Of a DNA stretch of 64,000 bases, positions 27,355-41,000 are shown one piece after another; position 1 is the first letter of the stretch, and each line of letters starts with the position of its first letter. The position numbers were made by a program, and so were the translations under genes. Below the pieces are notes generated by a model. The model ran no database searches. It was not told where the DNA came from and saw nothing but the letters and a program-made list of their open reading frames with translations. Source of the DNA: Epiperipatus broadwayi (Eukaryota; Animalia; Onychophora); NCBI GenBank assembly GCA_028023455.1, contig JAQFVV010000007.1:3534001-3598000 (forward strand), given 5' to 3'.

Positions 27355-29165
27355 TAGAACAGGGCTGGGTTCAAACCCTGTTCTAAAGTAGGGTAGTATA
27401 TGGGCACGCATATATATTTAATCAAAATTGATATTAAATTCAGATTATTTCTTTGCATGTGTGTGTGTATGTTTTAAATGGGGAAATAAAAATAGATTAA
27501 AACAGAAGAGGGAGGGGGATTATAGGGTTTCTGCTCTTGCATTTTGTTTAGAAGGGCATGTATTTATATTGCTGTATGGGTGAATAAGTGTAATAAATTT
27601 ACTAAAAGAAGAAAAATTACATGGCCAAGTTTTATTTTCAAGATGAAAGACGGAATACATAATTGTTAAAAAGATATGTTAAATGTAAGAAAAGAATTAA
27701 AAATGTATTGATTGCTATCTTGAAGGATAAAAACTATTTTAATTAAAAGGAAATTGTTTCAAGATGGAAGACGGAGTACAGAATCATCAAAAGAAATATC
27801 TTAAATGTAAGAAATGAATCAAAAATGTATAGATTGCCATCTTGATAGATAAAAGTTATTTTAATTAAAAGGAAAATGTTAGTAATAAAAGACAATGAAT
27901 GGTCGAATGTGGATTTTCAAGGTGTTGATTAAAATTCAAAAACATCAAGAAAGAAAAGTTGCTAAAAGGTTTTTGCAAACCTAAGAATACCACGTGGTTT
28001 TGTTGAAAGAAATGAAAGAATAAAAAGAAAAAAAACAATAGTGATTAATTAACGAGTTTTGAGAGTCAAACTTTGGCAGACATTCTAGAATTATTAATTC
28101 TACTAGCAGGATCGCAAAAATATAAGCTTAAAAATTATATATAACCATCAGCCATGAATAGGCTGGGGTAAGGACCAAAACGGACTGGGCTCTGCCAGCC
28201 ATCCTGCGGAGATACTACCGAAGTCATCTACATAGGAACGAAGCCCCTTCTAAACCATAAGCAGAATGACTTTAACCGAAAGACAATGATCCTGCATTGA
28301 GGAATCAATGGAGACACCAAAAAAGCACATAATCACCATGTCGCAGTATCAAGCAAACAAACACTGCCATTCATCTACACCCTGGGGGAGAAAAATCATG
28401 ATAATACAAAGTTTCTTAAATGCTCTTCACCTCGTAAATAAGAATTTATTTCCAATAAAATAATAAAGCGTAAAGGCTAAGAAAAAAGAAATCTTTGATA
28501 TATCGTCAAACATAGTTCTATGGATGAATAGACTAGATAATGACTTATTTCATTTGTTTTGTATTCTATGATTTATCTGTTTTATTATATTTATGTATCT
28601 ATGCAGTATATGTGTTTGCATGCGTTATATTCAAATATTGGAGCACAAGCCAATAAATAATTATTATGGGATTTTGTTTCTTGACATTAATGATTGTTAA
28701 ATCTTTGTTTTAAATATGAGTGTGTGCATTCAGTGTTGACTTCTTTAAATTTAGATCATATCGTAGAGATAGATAGTAGTGGTAAAAACAAAAAGAACAT
28801 ATTCAGAGAATCGTTTATGCGTCTATGTGCGCATTTGCTCCCCCATATCTTTCCCACGGTTAATAACCACCAGCCCTGAGTGAGCTAGCCAGAGGCAAGA
28901 GCTCTGTCTATTAAAAATTGATACTTGATCTCTCCTATCATCACTCTTATTTACTTGTAGATAGGATTGGCGCTTCGACTCAATAATTGACGTCCATAAA
29001 TATGCTGGGCGAGCAATAAGAGTACCATGCGGAATTACTTATATATATATATTTGTGTTATAATTTTAAGAAGAGAGAAAAAAAAGAAACTATTATGTTT
29101 TACATAGATACATACGCGTATGTTATATACATGCGTTATTCGCATGGATAGGGTACCCCGTTACA
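27355..29165 (+). repeat. 3' LTR
   Basis: Direct repeat of 23264-25083. Confidence 0.9.
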
Positions 29166-29366
29166 ATATATTTATTAATCCTATACAAGCACCCAACGTT
29201 TTTTGACTTCATTTTTCTTCTTCAAAAATTATATAACATTGCTTTTTTTTTCTTTTCTCTCTTTTCTTTTTTTGTTAATTTAATTAATATTAAATAGTAG
29301 AGTTCTAAAAAAAAATTTTTTTATTTAAAAATATTTTCCAATTTGAATTTTCTAATATCTAATTAT

Positions 29367-29824
29367 TTACATTCGAATATCAGCCTTTCAAGCTAATTGT
29401 GCAAACACTTTACGAGGGTTAATAATAAATGAATACTTTCTCACCAATACAAGATATAGTATTTATGCAGGAATAAAAGGAATCCTCTTATCCCTACAAC
29501 TCAAATATTTATATATGAGCAAATCTGAAGTACTGCCAAAGAAAGCGTGACGATAGAACAGTCACTTTAAATTACTCTATACGATGTCTGAATGAATGAC
29601 GTCAATGAAATTGTCTAGAATTTACTAAACGTCATTCCAACTGAAACTTAATCATATATAAATAAGCATTTATTTTATATAGCGTCTGTATACAATTGTA
29701 TTTACATTCGAATATCAGCCTTTCAAGCTAATTGTGCAAAGCGTTTGCAAATTAGCTTGAAAGGCTGATATTCTAATGTAAATATAATTGTATACAGACG
29801 CTATATAAAATAAATGCTTATTTA
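29367..29824. mobile_element. Short non-coding insertion: 335-bp tandem period ending in a near-perfect ~80-bp fold-back hairpin
   Basis: TATTTACATTCGAATATCAGCC at 29364 and 29699; hairpin arms ~29660-29740 and ~29745-29823; exact 13-bp TSD AATATCTAATTAT at 29354-29366 and 29825-29837. Confidence 0.85.
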
Positions 29825-30229
29825 AATATCTAATTATGTTTTTTTCTCCTTGCTTTTATTATATTGTTACATTGTTTAACTTTATCTTCATTATATAATA
29901 AGTTTATTATATAATAATTTTTTTTAAAAAAAAATTACTTGGATTAAATTTATTTCATTACATTTATTTTAGTTTTATTAGTTTTATATATTTTATTTAA
30001 TCCAAGCAATAAACTCCTATATACATATTATACATGCAAATACAGTACATACATGCATGCACAATTTAAAAGAATACTATTTAATCAATTCATTCGTTCT
30101 TTTAGTTTTTTTTTTTATCAATTTTTACTATCTCAATAAATAATTATCATTTTGTAGATGTATTGCTGAAAGAGCAACTTTCAGGCCCTGTTCATAGCAT
30201 TACAATATCAAAATATTTAACAATATGTG

Positions 30230-31373
30230 ATGTGATATATTTGGCTTCTTAATTGAAGTTACGAATATCTCAGCAATTATGCCCAGATAAACCTGTTAGC
30301 CATTTTATTCTCTATTCCCCACTCTTAACTCTTCCCATATTCTACCCCATCCCATTTCCACAACATAATCTTTGTCAACTCTATGGCCTTTATATCTAAA
30401 TCCCCCTTATCTCTTCACAAACCCAACATAAAAACTAATAACTCACTTTCTGTATAGTCACTTTGTTCATATCTATTCTCCCATAACTTCATTATCTGTA
30501 CCCTTTCTGCTTTCAAGCATTTACATTCAATCAACAGATGCCTAATATTTTCTATACCTTCCTTACACAATTTGCACACTAAATTATCCATGGTTTTCCA
30601 TTTACATGTATATTCTCTTGTTGCTAAAAATCCTGTTCGAGCCTTAAATAATAAACTACTTTCCTTACATTATCATAAATTAACTCGCATCCAATATTCC
30701 GTTTACTTCTATATATATTTAAACTCTTCTTACCCTCCATACTAGTTCTCCATCTCTCCAACTCCCTATTTTTTATTAATGCTTCTATTCTTTTATCCCA
30801 TTCCTTACCACTATAACACTCAACAATCCTCCTAACACAATCATCCCACCTTTTATACAAGTATACTGATATAAATTATTTATCCAAATCTTTCATATAC
30901 TGCATTACCTTTCTTACCCATCTTGTTACCTGCCCTTTACTCATAACCCAATTGAACACTATTTTTGCTATTCTTTTACTATCCATAAACTGCAACCTAT
31001 CAAACATTTTCATTTTACTTTTTGCATCTCTCATATAAAAACTTGACCATCCCATTTCTCCTTGAATTGCCTCCTTTGCTGTCAACATCTCTGTATCTAA
31101 TGCATGTCTTCCTACTTCTTTTTGTACTTTCTCTAAATAATCTAAAACCCTTTTACTAACTCATAATGCATCATTACCATATGTTAACCCTACTACTGCA
31201 ACTCCCTTCCATACTATTCTAGCTACATCATATTTATTATATGAAAATACTGTTAGTTTCTTTACCAAACCCTTTATTTTCTTTGCATCATTTACCAATT
31301 TTTTCTCCCATTCATTCAAGCAATTTTCCTGATTACATAAGATGATTCCCAAATACCTATATCTATCCACCAC
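30230..31373 (-). mobile_element. 5'-truncated, degraded non-LTR retrotransposon 3' fragment (RT thumb to C-terminal domain)
   Basis: YRYLGII...KGVAVVGLTYG, EAIQGEMGWSSF...KMKMFDRL in ORFs 31161..31373, 30876..31088, 30624..30860. Confidence 0.75.
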
Positions 31374-31523
31374 ACTATATATATATATATAGACTGTGAC
31401 ACAGCCTGGCCATGACAGATATTACAAGCTTGTTAAGTTAAACTAGAAAAATTAGTAAGGGAAAATGATATTATTATTATTATTATTATCATTATTATTA
31501 TTATTATTAACTTATTTAAAGGT

Positions 31524-31633
31524 GTCAAGCATTGTTAGCTGAGAGGTCATCGCAGCCATCTTGCAAGCAAGTAGTTGGTTGCAGACGGTTGAGGGTTCGC
31601 ATCCTGGCCGATGCTATGACATATGAAAAAAAA
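31524..31633 (+). mobile_element. 110-bp tRNA-derived retroposon (simple SINE or tRNA retrocopy) with A tail
   Basis: A box TAGCTGAGAGG, B box GGTTCGCATCC, acceptor-like stem AGCATTG/CGATGCT, A tail, exact 15-bp TSD AACTTATTTAAAGGT at 31509-31523 and 31634-31648. Confidence 0.8.
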
Positions 31634-31917
31634 AACTTATTTAAAGGTTTTCCATTTCTTAAATAAAAATATGAGAGTTTGAAACAATTCTTTTAAAATA
31701 ATAAGAATGTAAATATAATTTATTAAGGATACATGTAAAAAAGAGAAAAAGTATAAGATCAAATAAATATTTTTTTTATTCTCTCTCTTCCGTGATTTTA
31801 TCTATCAGTGTAACTTTATAAAAAAGTACTAAGATAAATATTTTTCTTATCTCATCAGTAATTATTGATTAGTTTCAATGTTTTTTTCAAAATAGAAATA
31901 ATAAGATAAACAAAATC

Positions 31918-32292
31918 ATCAAACATCACATGACCATTATTGTTTATGCTTACAAAAGCTGTTTTCACAGAAGCAAAACTCTCCATACAGTAGTGCCACT
32001 CAGTGTTAGCCAGAGTAATTAAAGGATGCAGGGACATTTGTGCATAAATTTCCAATCTAGTGCCTACTCATCCAATATCCCCTGATTAGTTTCTAGCTTG
32101 TGGATTTCATTGGTAAGCTTTATAGTTTGCTAAACAGGTAAAATGTGACTTCTGGATGGTTGCATTAGATTCTAAGATCTAGTTGCAGTGCTCTCAGATT
32201 CAAGGTATAGGGATTTTATACAACCTTCATGCATCCGTTGATTACTCTGGCTTGGACTAAGTTGTGCTACTGTATGGAATTTTGCCTCTGAA
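31918..32292. mobile_element. Old, diverged family A copy (forward plus inverted arm); hammerhead core decayed
   Basis: GCAAAACTCTCCATACAGTA, GTGCCTACTCATCCAATATCCCC and GTTGCATTAGATTCTAAGATCTAG match family A. Confidence 0.75.
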
Positions 32293-35200
32293 TAAAATAA
32301 ATAACATTTTATATATTGATTACAAGATTTTTAAAAGAATAAAATAAGGTTTTAATATTTTGATAACAAATTTTGTTTTAATGAATTAAAGTTTTTTTCT
32401 TCTTTATCTCCAAAACAAAAGACAATGTTGTTCAAATTAAAGGGTAATTAAAAGATATTGTTTTGTGGCATAAGACAAAAATAACTAGTGGAATTTTTTT
32501 CTTATGATTGCAATTTCTATTTTTCATTAATCAAAAAAGGAAATAACCAAATAATCTTTTGTAAAAATACTCAAATGGTCAAGGTTTAATATGGTCATGT
32601 ATAAGATAAGATGCAATTGGATGGGATATAAGATTGTTCCAAAAAATAAGATCAGGAGCAGATTAAAGCAGAAGGCTAGTATTTGTGATGGAGTTATTCT
32701 TGATTCAGCTTTTGAAAACAGTAGCAGCAATCCTATTTGGTCAAGCTGTTGAAGAAATCATAGATCTGCGTCAAACTGAAGTAACAGTAGTAGCAGTTAG
32801 TCTAATTCAGCTGTTGAAAAAACAAGCAGGAGTTTAGCTGTGACGCACACAGTGTAATCTCACAACTAGTTTTTAAAAAGATTTTTGAAATGGATTTAAA
32901 GAAAATTATAAACTAAGCCTTAGCTAGAAGCTAAGCAGCATCAAATCTCACCAAGTAACCTGTTCACCAAAGAAAATGTAGACTAGCTCTGAAATAATCT
33001 GTAACAAGCCTTGTTTTCATTCAAAAGCCTGACCCTCTCATTCTGTGTTAGCCAAGCTGTGAATTATTATATTGATGGAGAAATTCTGCCTGTGAAAATA
33101 ACCTGAAAATTATTATATAATAAAAATTGTATAGGAAAACTATTTATAATGAAAATTTGAACCTACAAAATAAAAAATAGAAGTTAAAAGGGATTGTTTA
33201 AACTCAACAAGAGAAGCCAACAGGAAATCCATATGCATATTACATCTAACTTAATAATTTTTTTAAATAAATAATCAATCATAATGAAAAATTTTAATAT
33301 TTTTTTTATTGGAACATGTTTTTTTCTTTATCTTATTTTGCTCCAAAATTTAAATGTATAGGATCTTTTCATTTTCATAAGAAAAGGGGAAAGAGTTTTA
33401 GCTCATTTAATTTTTTTTATGTTTTTGAAATTTTGTTTTACAATTTTAATTATTGAAAGAAAAATAATTGTTTTTAAAGACTAATTACTTTAATGACTAA
33501 AGGTCAACAACAAATTAATATTATTTGGTATAAAAAATTAAATTTTTTGATAAAATGTATGAGGTGGAATTATCATGTTATACCTTTTCTCAATTTTCTT
33601 AATTTGTAATTTATTAAATAATTGTTAAAAAAATATATAGTACTAATCTATCTGTTCTATGACTTGGCAGTGTGTGTGACTGGATTTTATTATAGTTTAC
33701 TGTTTTGTAAATTATCTTAGTGAAACTATTTAAAGTAAAATTTATTAAGCTTATACATATACACTTCCCATGATCCCAGTCATAGTATCTAGAGCAATAA
33801 AGATTAATTAAATTGGCTTTATTGTATTACTAAATATATGGAATTTGGAAGTTACACATGATTATTTGTCTGCTTTCAAAATCTGAAAGTTATAATTTGA
33901 CTATTTATTAATAAGCTTTCAGAATAGATTATATTTGCATGATTAATGAAGTTTAGTCAACCTTCTTAGCATTATTAGTCTCACACTCCTTGGTCAAATT
34001 GCAATATTTAGCATCTATATAAACATATCAGACCATAGATAAAGATGGTACCACCTTTATTGTTAAAGGAAGTTGCTTGACAACAGGTTGAGATTATTGA
34101 TAGCTTAAGGTTGATTGTCATTGTATATTTGTTCATTGATTGTGACATTGATTATAGAATGATGATTATTGCCATTACCTAAAGTCATCCCCATTCTGAA
34201 TTGCTACAATATATAAAAGGCATTAACTGCTAGTATCTTATTTATTAAATTACATATTCACAATTAAGCATCAACAAAAATAAAACTTACCATCCTTCTT
34301 CATTCTTATTATAAAAATTGATTATGATAAAATATGATACAATGCTTGCTAGGTTTTTAATTGATAAATATTAAGCACATGCCTTTTCTAGTATAAAAAT
34401 AATAAATGCCATTTTCTATTGATGTCTTAAATGATAGTACAAAAATTATTGTAATATAAAATAGAAAATTACATTTTAAATTAAAATTTCATTCATCTTT
34501 TATTATAACATTCTTTTTATTTAATATATTTGTCAATCATAGGTAAATACCTTAAAGCTTTTTTGGCAGTAGATATAGGTATTCTACTATATATTCTGTT
34601 TGATCCCTACTACATTACATTAATATAAAATTCATCAAAACTAGTTTCATCATATAAATCACTTCTACGTTATTTTCATTTTTTCAAGCCATTTTTAAAG
34701 CAAACATGGATACTTCAAATGCTAGGCATATTCTTTGTAGAGTACCAAAATATATATATACATATATGAAATGGCTTTATTGGTCTGGAGTTCAAAAAAG
34801 ATTTGAGCACCAGATATGCCAAAATTCTAGTTTGATATTATCAGTGTGCTAATCTATGCAGGGCAACAATAAGTTCCCTATAAAAAAAACAAGGTGCACT
34901 GAATCCTAACCAATAGATGAGAAATTACTAGGATATGCAATAAAATCAATTAAATATTGAAAATATATATAAATTAAAAATTGAAAGCCTCTAAAAATAA
35001 TAACACAGCCATTGATGAAATTGTATTTCGGAAGAATCATCATTCTCTGAATAATCTGCATTTTTTCAAAATTTCTGGATTTACCTTTTTTAATCAAACA
35101 AACACAAAATATAGTACAACTACCTTTTTTTAAACTCTATTTGTCAAATTGTGCCAATTTTGTATCTGCTATGTTTTTCCACACAGCTTTACACTAAATG

Positions 35201-36399
35201 TTGGGCAAGCAAATAAAATTTTAAATGAAATTAGTATTAAGAAGTATAATTGGCTTATTATATAACAAATAAATATTAACATTAATGGATAGTTGATATA
35301 TACATTGTACATAATAAGTAATGAATATATTAATAACATAAATGGTGAATATTATAGGATATGAAACTTATTAACCTTTATCAATGAATGTTATACAAAC
35401 TTCATTAGTAATAATATGCAATACAAATATTACAGATAATTATTCACAGTTCTAATAGCCCTTAGGTATAATATAAATTATGGTAAAGGAGAATGCAAGA
35501 ATCCTGGGTCTGTCTACACTGATACTTACAGAAACAGAATTCACCAGTGATGAATAGATCATTCAATTGGTTGGTATAGTATTTATCGCATTTTCTTTTG
35601 GTCAATATCTACCTTGTTGCATGTGTTTGTGATCTTGCATTTGGTCCTTGTAGTCTTCTTTTTAATTGCTCTAGAAGTTTCTTGTCATTTCAGTCAAAAT
35701 TGCAGGAATATTAATCAGTTGGAGTATCCAACTTAAACTGCTATTTATAAATTATGGTTTGTCATTGCATTAACTAGACTAATTAGTAATTTAATTTAAT
35801 TAGATATAATAGTTCATTTTCTTGCTAGTTTTATCTGATAAATATGTGTATATATTGTAACCGGTTGGGTTACATGGTACACCCATAATAATATAGTGTG
35901 TGTGCATATATATATTGTGCCCTTTTGTATGGGTCACCATTTAATTTTTGTGCTAATCTATTAAAAATTTTAAATTTAAGATATATTTGAATATGTGATG
36001 TTAATTTTGCTTATGGTAATATTTCAAAAGATTTAATGAAAGCAATCTATGAGTATTTGATATGTAAAATTGTGCTGATATTGAGAGAGACATTTTAAAT
36101 GATGATGATTATAATATATAGTTGGAAAAAATGGCCATAATCAATACTGCATTAATATATTTAATAAATAAATATTTAAAGCTGAGGTATTTAAAAGACA
36201 AGTTAAAATTAAATGCATATATTTATTGTTGATAAAATAATATTATAAAAGAATATAAATATTTTAATTATTGTAAGTACTTAAATAAAAGACTAATATT
36301 TGATTTTAATAGTATTGGATAATTATTTTAAAATCTATTATAATATCTTATTTATTTAAAAAATATTTATTTTAAAAAATGCAATTGTTAGTTTATTTT

Positions 36400-38000
36400 T
36401 AGACGATGACAAGCGTTTCTTGTGTTGTAGAGAACAGATGTTAGTTAAATAAACACACACATGCTTGGAAGTTGTTTAATAAAGTTGCATAACTATTTTA
36501 AAAATCATGTTATAAAATTTATAAATAATACGTGAGCTATCACGAGATAAAATAAAGATAAATCAATGTAGAATATTAAATCTGATTTTTAAAAGTATTG
36601 CTTTAAAAATATAACGTATAAAAAAGACTTAGTGTATTTTAAATAATCTTATAAAAGTTAAAATTAAAATCAAGTAAGATTATATTTTAAAAATGTTTAA
36701 TAGATTTAAATAAATAAATGATAAAGATTATTTTAGAAATTTAATAATGTAATAAATATTAAATATTAAATAAGTCATTATTTATTTTTAATTTTGTGTT
36801 GTTGGTAAATATGTAAATAAGCCAGCAAATTGATTGTTTAAATGTACCAATCAAATGGGAAGTTTCTTCCGGTATAAAAGCTCAGGTCAATTGTTAGGAG
36901 AGGACTCTGTGATTGAATTTTTAAGTTAATTGTGTTATTAAAAAATAGCTACGTAAATTTTGTAGACGCTTTTAAAATCATTTTTCAAAATTATAAGAGT
37001 GTCTTGTAAATAAGTTATAAAAGTTTTAAATGATAGACATGCAGTGTTAATTTATTTTTTTCCCTATCGGTCGTCTCTATTGAGCTCAATTTGCAAGCAA
37101 ATAGTCATGGGAACATTATATATAGTGAAAATATATCGGAAACTTTACCTTAGAAATATGACAAACGCTGGATTAGTTTGGAAAGTTACGAGATGGAGAA
37201 AAGTAGTATTTTGGACAGCATATAATTTTAAAAGCTAATTGTTATTGACTATTAGAAAATAGATATTTTAAAGAATAAAATACTTCTTTATGAAGAAAGT
37301 ATTTTGCAAGCTATAAATTTAAACGTATATCTTAAGTAAAGATATTAAAAATGAAAGTAGTTTTATAAATATTTGCCCTGTTAAGTCTTTATATTTAAGA
37401 GACTAAATGGTGACAATTTTAAAAGGCAAATAAATTGAAAATATAATTAGCTAAAAGTCTTAATATAATAAAAATTATTATATTGAAAGAATTTAAACGC
37501 TGGTCGTTTATAGATAAAGAAGCTTATTCTTACCTGGATATTTTGTTATGGAATGCGCAAGTAATATGTGGACGTCCCAGTCAATGTAAAATAATTAAAT
37601 GATTATTTTTCATAAACTATAGACTAATTTAAGATAATAACTTTAAATAATATTTTAAAGAACTGCATCCGGATCAGATAAACTATTTTAATTTTATTAT
37701 ATTTATAGAAGAATTGATTAACTTTTATTTTGGTTTTAAAAGAACGTTTTCATTTTTCATAAACTTTTAAAAAACACGTGATAGACCGGAAAAGGAAATG
37801 GTGTTTTAGTGAATTTATGCCTAGGATTAAAGAACTATATGATGGAAAAGAAAACATCGCTGGAATTACGTAATATGAATTCTGTTTATTTATCTAATAT
37901 AAAATTTAAATATTATTAATCTATTAAAAATAAGATAGGTAATTTCTTAAAATAATAACTAAAAATGATATAATAATTAATTACATAAGTTTATTTTATA
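36400..38000. promoter_or_regulatory. CpG-retaining region, candidate promoter/regulatory zone
   Basis: CpG is frequent here but nearly absent in most of the window; CCAAT (~36847) and TATAAAA (~36875); minus-strand donor CAG|GTAAGA at 37534/37533. Confidence 0.3.
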
Positions 38001-41000
38001 ATTAATATAACACGTAATATGTTGAAGAATGATTGTGAGTGTAAATGTGAATTATTTTATGAAGCTGTAATTCCGAAGAATATTGGAAGATGGACTGTAC
38101 ATTAAATCATTATTGATGGTAAAAATTGTATCATAATAATAATAATTTTGATGTATTTAATATGTTTTTTTCTTTAGATCAACCAAATGATATGTTATTG
38201 TTGAATGGATGTATGAATATTTTAAAAATACACACATATTATATTGGCAGTAACAGTTTTATTTAAATATGCATAATTTGAATTTATGATATAAATATGA
38301 TACAACATTACATAAGAAGCTTAGAAATAATTATATGATTCTTTCGTAAATAAATTTTGATTTTTATTTTTATTATTATTATGTTGGAGTATTAGAATTA
38401 TATTTATTATTCATACAAGTAATTATTTTATTTCAAGTTAGGAAGAGATCTCAAAGTCTATATTTTATTTTTATTTTATTGGATAAATTAAGTTAAGTTT
38501 ATGTAGAAGTTTATGTTTGAATTAAAGGTTTACTGAATATAGATGACGTAGTATAAATAGTTTGGATAATTAGTATTTATTTAAAGTTGAAGGTTATTTT
38601 CCCGGAATTTTAAATAAGTTTTAGAGGATGTTTTGTAGATAAAAGTTTATTAAGAAGGAGTAGAATAACACATAAAGTAAAGTAATAATTTCACACAGAA
38701 AAGAATCATAAAATTTATCTAATATAGTGCTTTATGAATTTGAAATTGATGAATAATTTAAATATTATTATTCTAACAGTACATATATGTAATGCATATT
38801 TGATAAAACATGTAGCATGAATTGCAATAAGTGAAATATAAAATTATAATCAATTCTTTGTTATTACATTATAAGGATACATTAGTTTCTATATTATGCT
38901 ATTCAAGTAATGAACACATACTAGTATATGATGAAATAAGTAACAATAATATTTAAGTGATGTAGCAATTTAATTAGTAAAGTTTAATTGTTTACATATG
39001 CTATATAAACATTGTTTACATAAATTTTTCTGTGTAATAATTAAAGTTCACTGATATTTGTTTAAAGTCTAAGTTTTGAAAACATACTTCAATGTTTTAG
39101 TACAGCATTTTAAAGAATGTATAATTACTTATTAGGAGTATGAATTAATAACAGTGTAAACATATTGTATTATTATTTTCTTATTTTATTTTCTTTGTTT
39201 TCCTAATTTTGAACTGTAAATATTGTAAATAAATTCTTAGTTGAAGTTAATGTAAATAAATTTGTTTAATTCGTTTTAAAAGTGTGTTGAGTTCATTATT
39301 TTACACCACAGCATTTGACAGCAGATAATTTGAATAAACATAATATTTGCACAGTGTGAATTTATTAATATTATTTTAGAAATAAACACAATATTTTCCT
39401 GATATCATTTTATGAGAATTGATTGACATTAACATATAATATTATTATGGTCATAAGATAATTATAATGCACATTATAAGAGTACAATATTATTTATTGC
39501 CACAGATTATTAAATTATAAGATTTTGATTTATACTAGAATTAAGATACTATATGAAAATAAAAGATATACATATGATTATTTATTTAGTGATTGATGAT
39601 ATAACAGAAATAGATAAGATTAAGTTATACCCTAAGATTTGTATTGAGTATTATTATTATTAGAATAAGTTAGGTGTACTTAGGTTTGATATAAAATCCT
39701 TTATCATACTTATTTACATGAGTTATCATTATTTTAAGATAATTAGAAGAACCTGAGATTATTTAATTATATTTTAAAAATTAAAAGTTAAGAATTATTT
39801 ATTTTATTATTATTAAAGATAGTTTATTTTATTTTAAAGCCATAAGAATGCTGTAGAGATAGTAGTAAGTTAGTAAGGAGGTGATAGTATTCTTATGCCA
39901 TTGAGACAATATGTCTTGGAAGATATTGACTCAATGTAAATCTACTTATTACTTTGTAACTTTACTTCACAGTCTCATGATTTTAATAAGTACTTATTTA
40001 ATTAGTATAGAATATAGAGCTATATTGATTTTGATAATTAATAATAAATTTAATTAGAATATGATAATATAAAAGTATATTAAAGATAAACATGCAAATT
40101 TTAACTGAGCATTATAATTTAATTAAGCTAGTCGTATTTCAAACTATATTATACATCGAGAAGTAAGGGTACAATATATAAAGTAAAGGAAAAGTGAAAA
40201 TAAACATTGAATAAATTTTTGCAGATTTATTTTTATATTTCCTAAAATAAAATAATAATAATTAAAGGGTTAAATAACTCTGGGTTTAAAGTAAAATTTC
40301 ATTATGAAATAAATATTTTAAAAATGTCTGAATAAATATAAATATTGCATTATTACTAATTATTACTCTGATTTTGAAATTTAAAAACACCCTATTGTAT
40401 TTTTGAAATTTTAATTAAACAAAATTTTTATCTATTAGAAATCCCCTAAGTAAAAACATGTATATGTTTTCAAAGGAATTAGCGAGATAAAAATAAAAAC
40501 TATGTTTTTAATCAAGCTGCTGTTATCACCTTGGATGAGTCTATAAAAGGGCTGATAACAAATTAGCTCTAGTCTGGATAGTGATTTTAAAGAGAACAGT
40601 TTGGCTTGCAGTTTTATAAGAGTTAGCAGAAGAGCTAGCTGTAAAGTTGGCTCAAGTATTTTGTGAAGAGTTGGTAACTGTAGGAAAAATTGGCCATAGT
40701 AAAACTAGCTGCAAAGATGGCTAGAATAATTATCAAGAGAACTGCCATGAGGATGTAAGGCAAGATAGTAGACTTTTCTTTAGCAGGAGTTTGAATTTAC
40801 ATGGAGGAAACGGGTCAAGATTCTTTGTAATTCATAGCCTTAAAAGTGTTCTGGAAAACAGCTTGCTGACCTGAAACTTACAAAAACCAAGTATAAGTGG
40901 AACTGACTACAGAAGGAAAAAAAGGCCAACCATACCTGAATTGCATACTTTTATATGATAATGACAACAAACATGGATTATATTTTTCTAATGGACCAAA

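Larger units (their letters stand above)
23264..29165 (+). mobile_element. Non-autonomous LTR retrotransposon (Ty3/Gypsy-like) with 1.8-kb LTRs and a gag-only 2.3-kb interior
   Basis: LTRs 23264-25083 and 27355-29165 (TATAACA/TAGAACA...TTACA); 4-bp TSD ATAT; PBS-like ATTGCGACCCAAC after the 5' LTR; PPT GAAGAGGG before the 3' LTR. Confidence 0.88.

Noticed and set aside
29575-29650. Canonical hammerhead in the 29.4-kb element
   Set aside because: CTGAATGA has an extra base, seven extra nt precede GAAAC, and stem I does not pair
32550-33100. Degraded LTR-like sequence (also 40500-41000)
   Set aside because: Composition is suggestive, but no termini, TSD or second copy could be identified
34179-34203. 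25-nt minus-strand micro-exon
   Set aside because: Plausible splice signals, but such matches occur by chance in AT-rich introns and there is no other support
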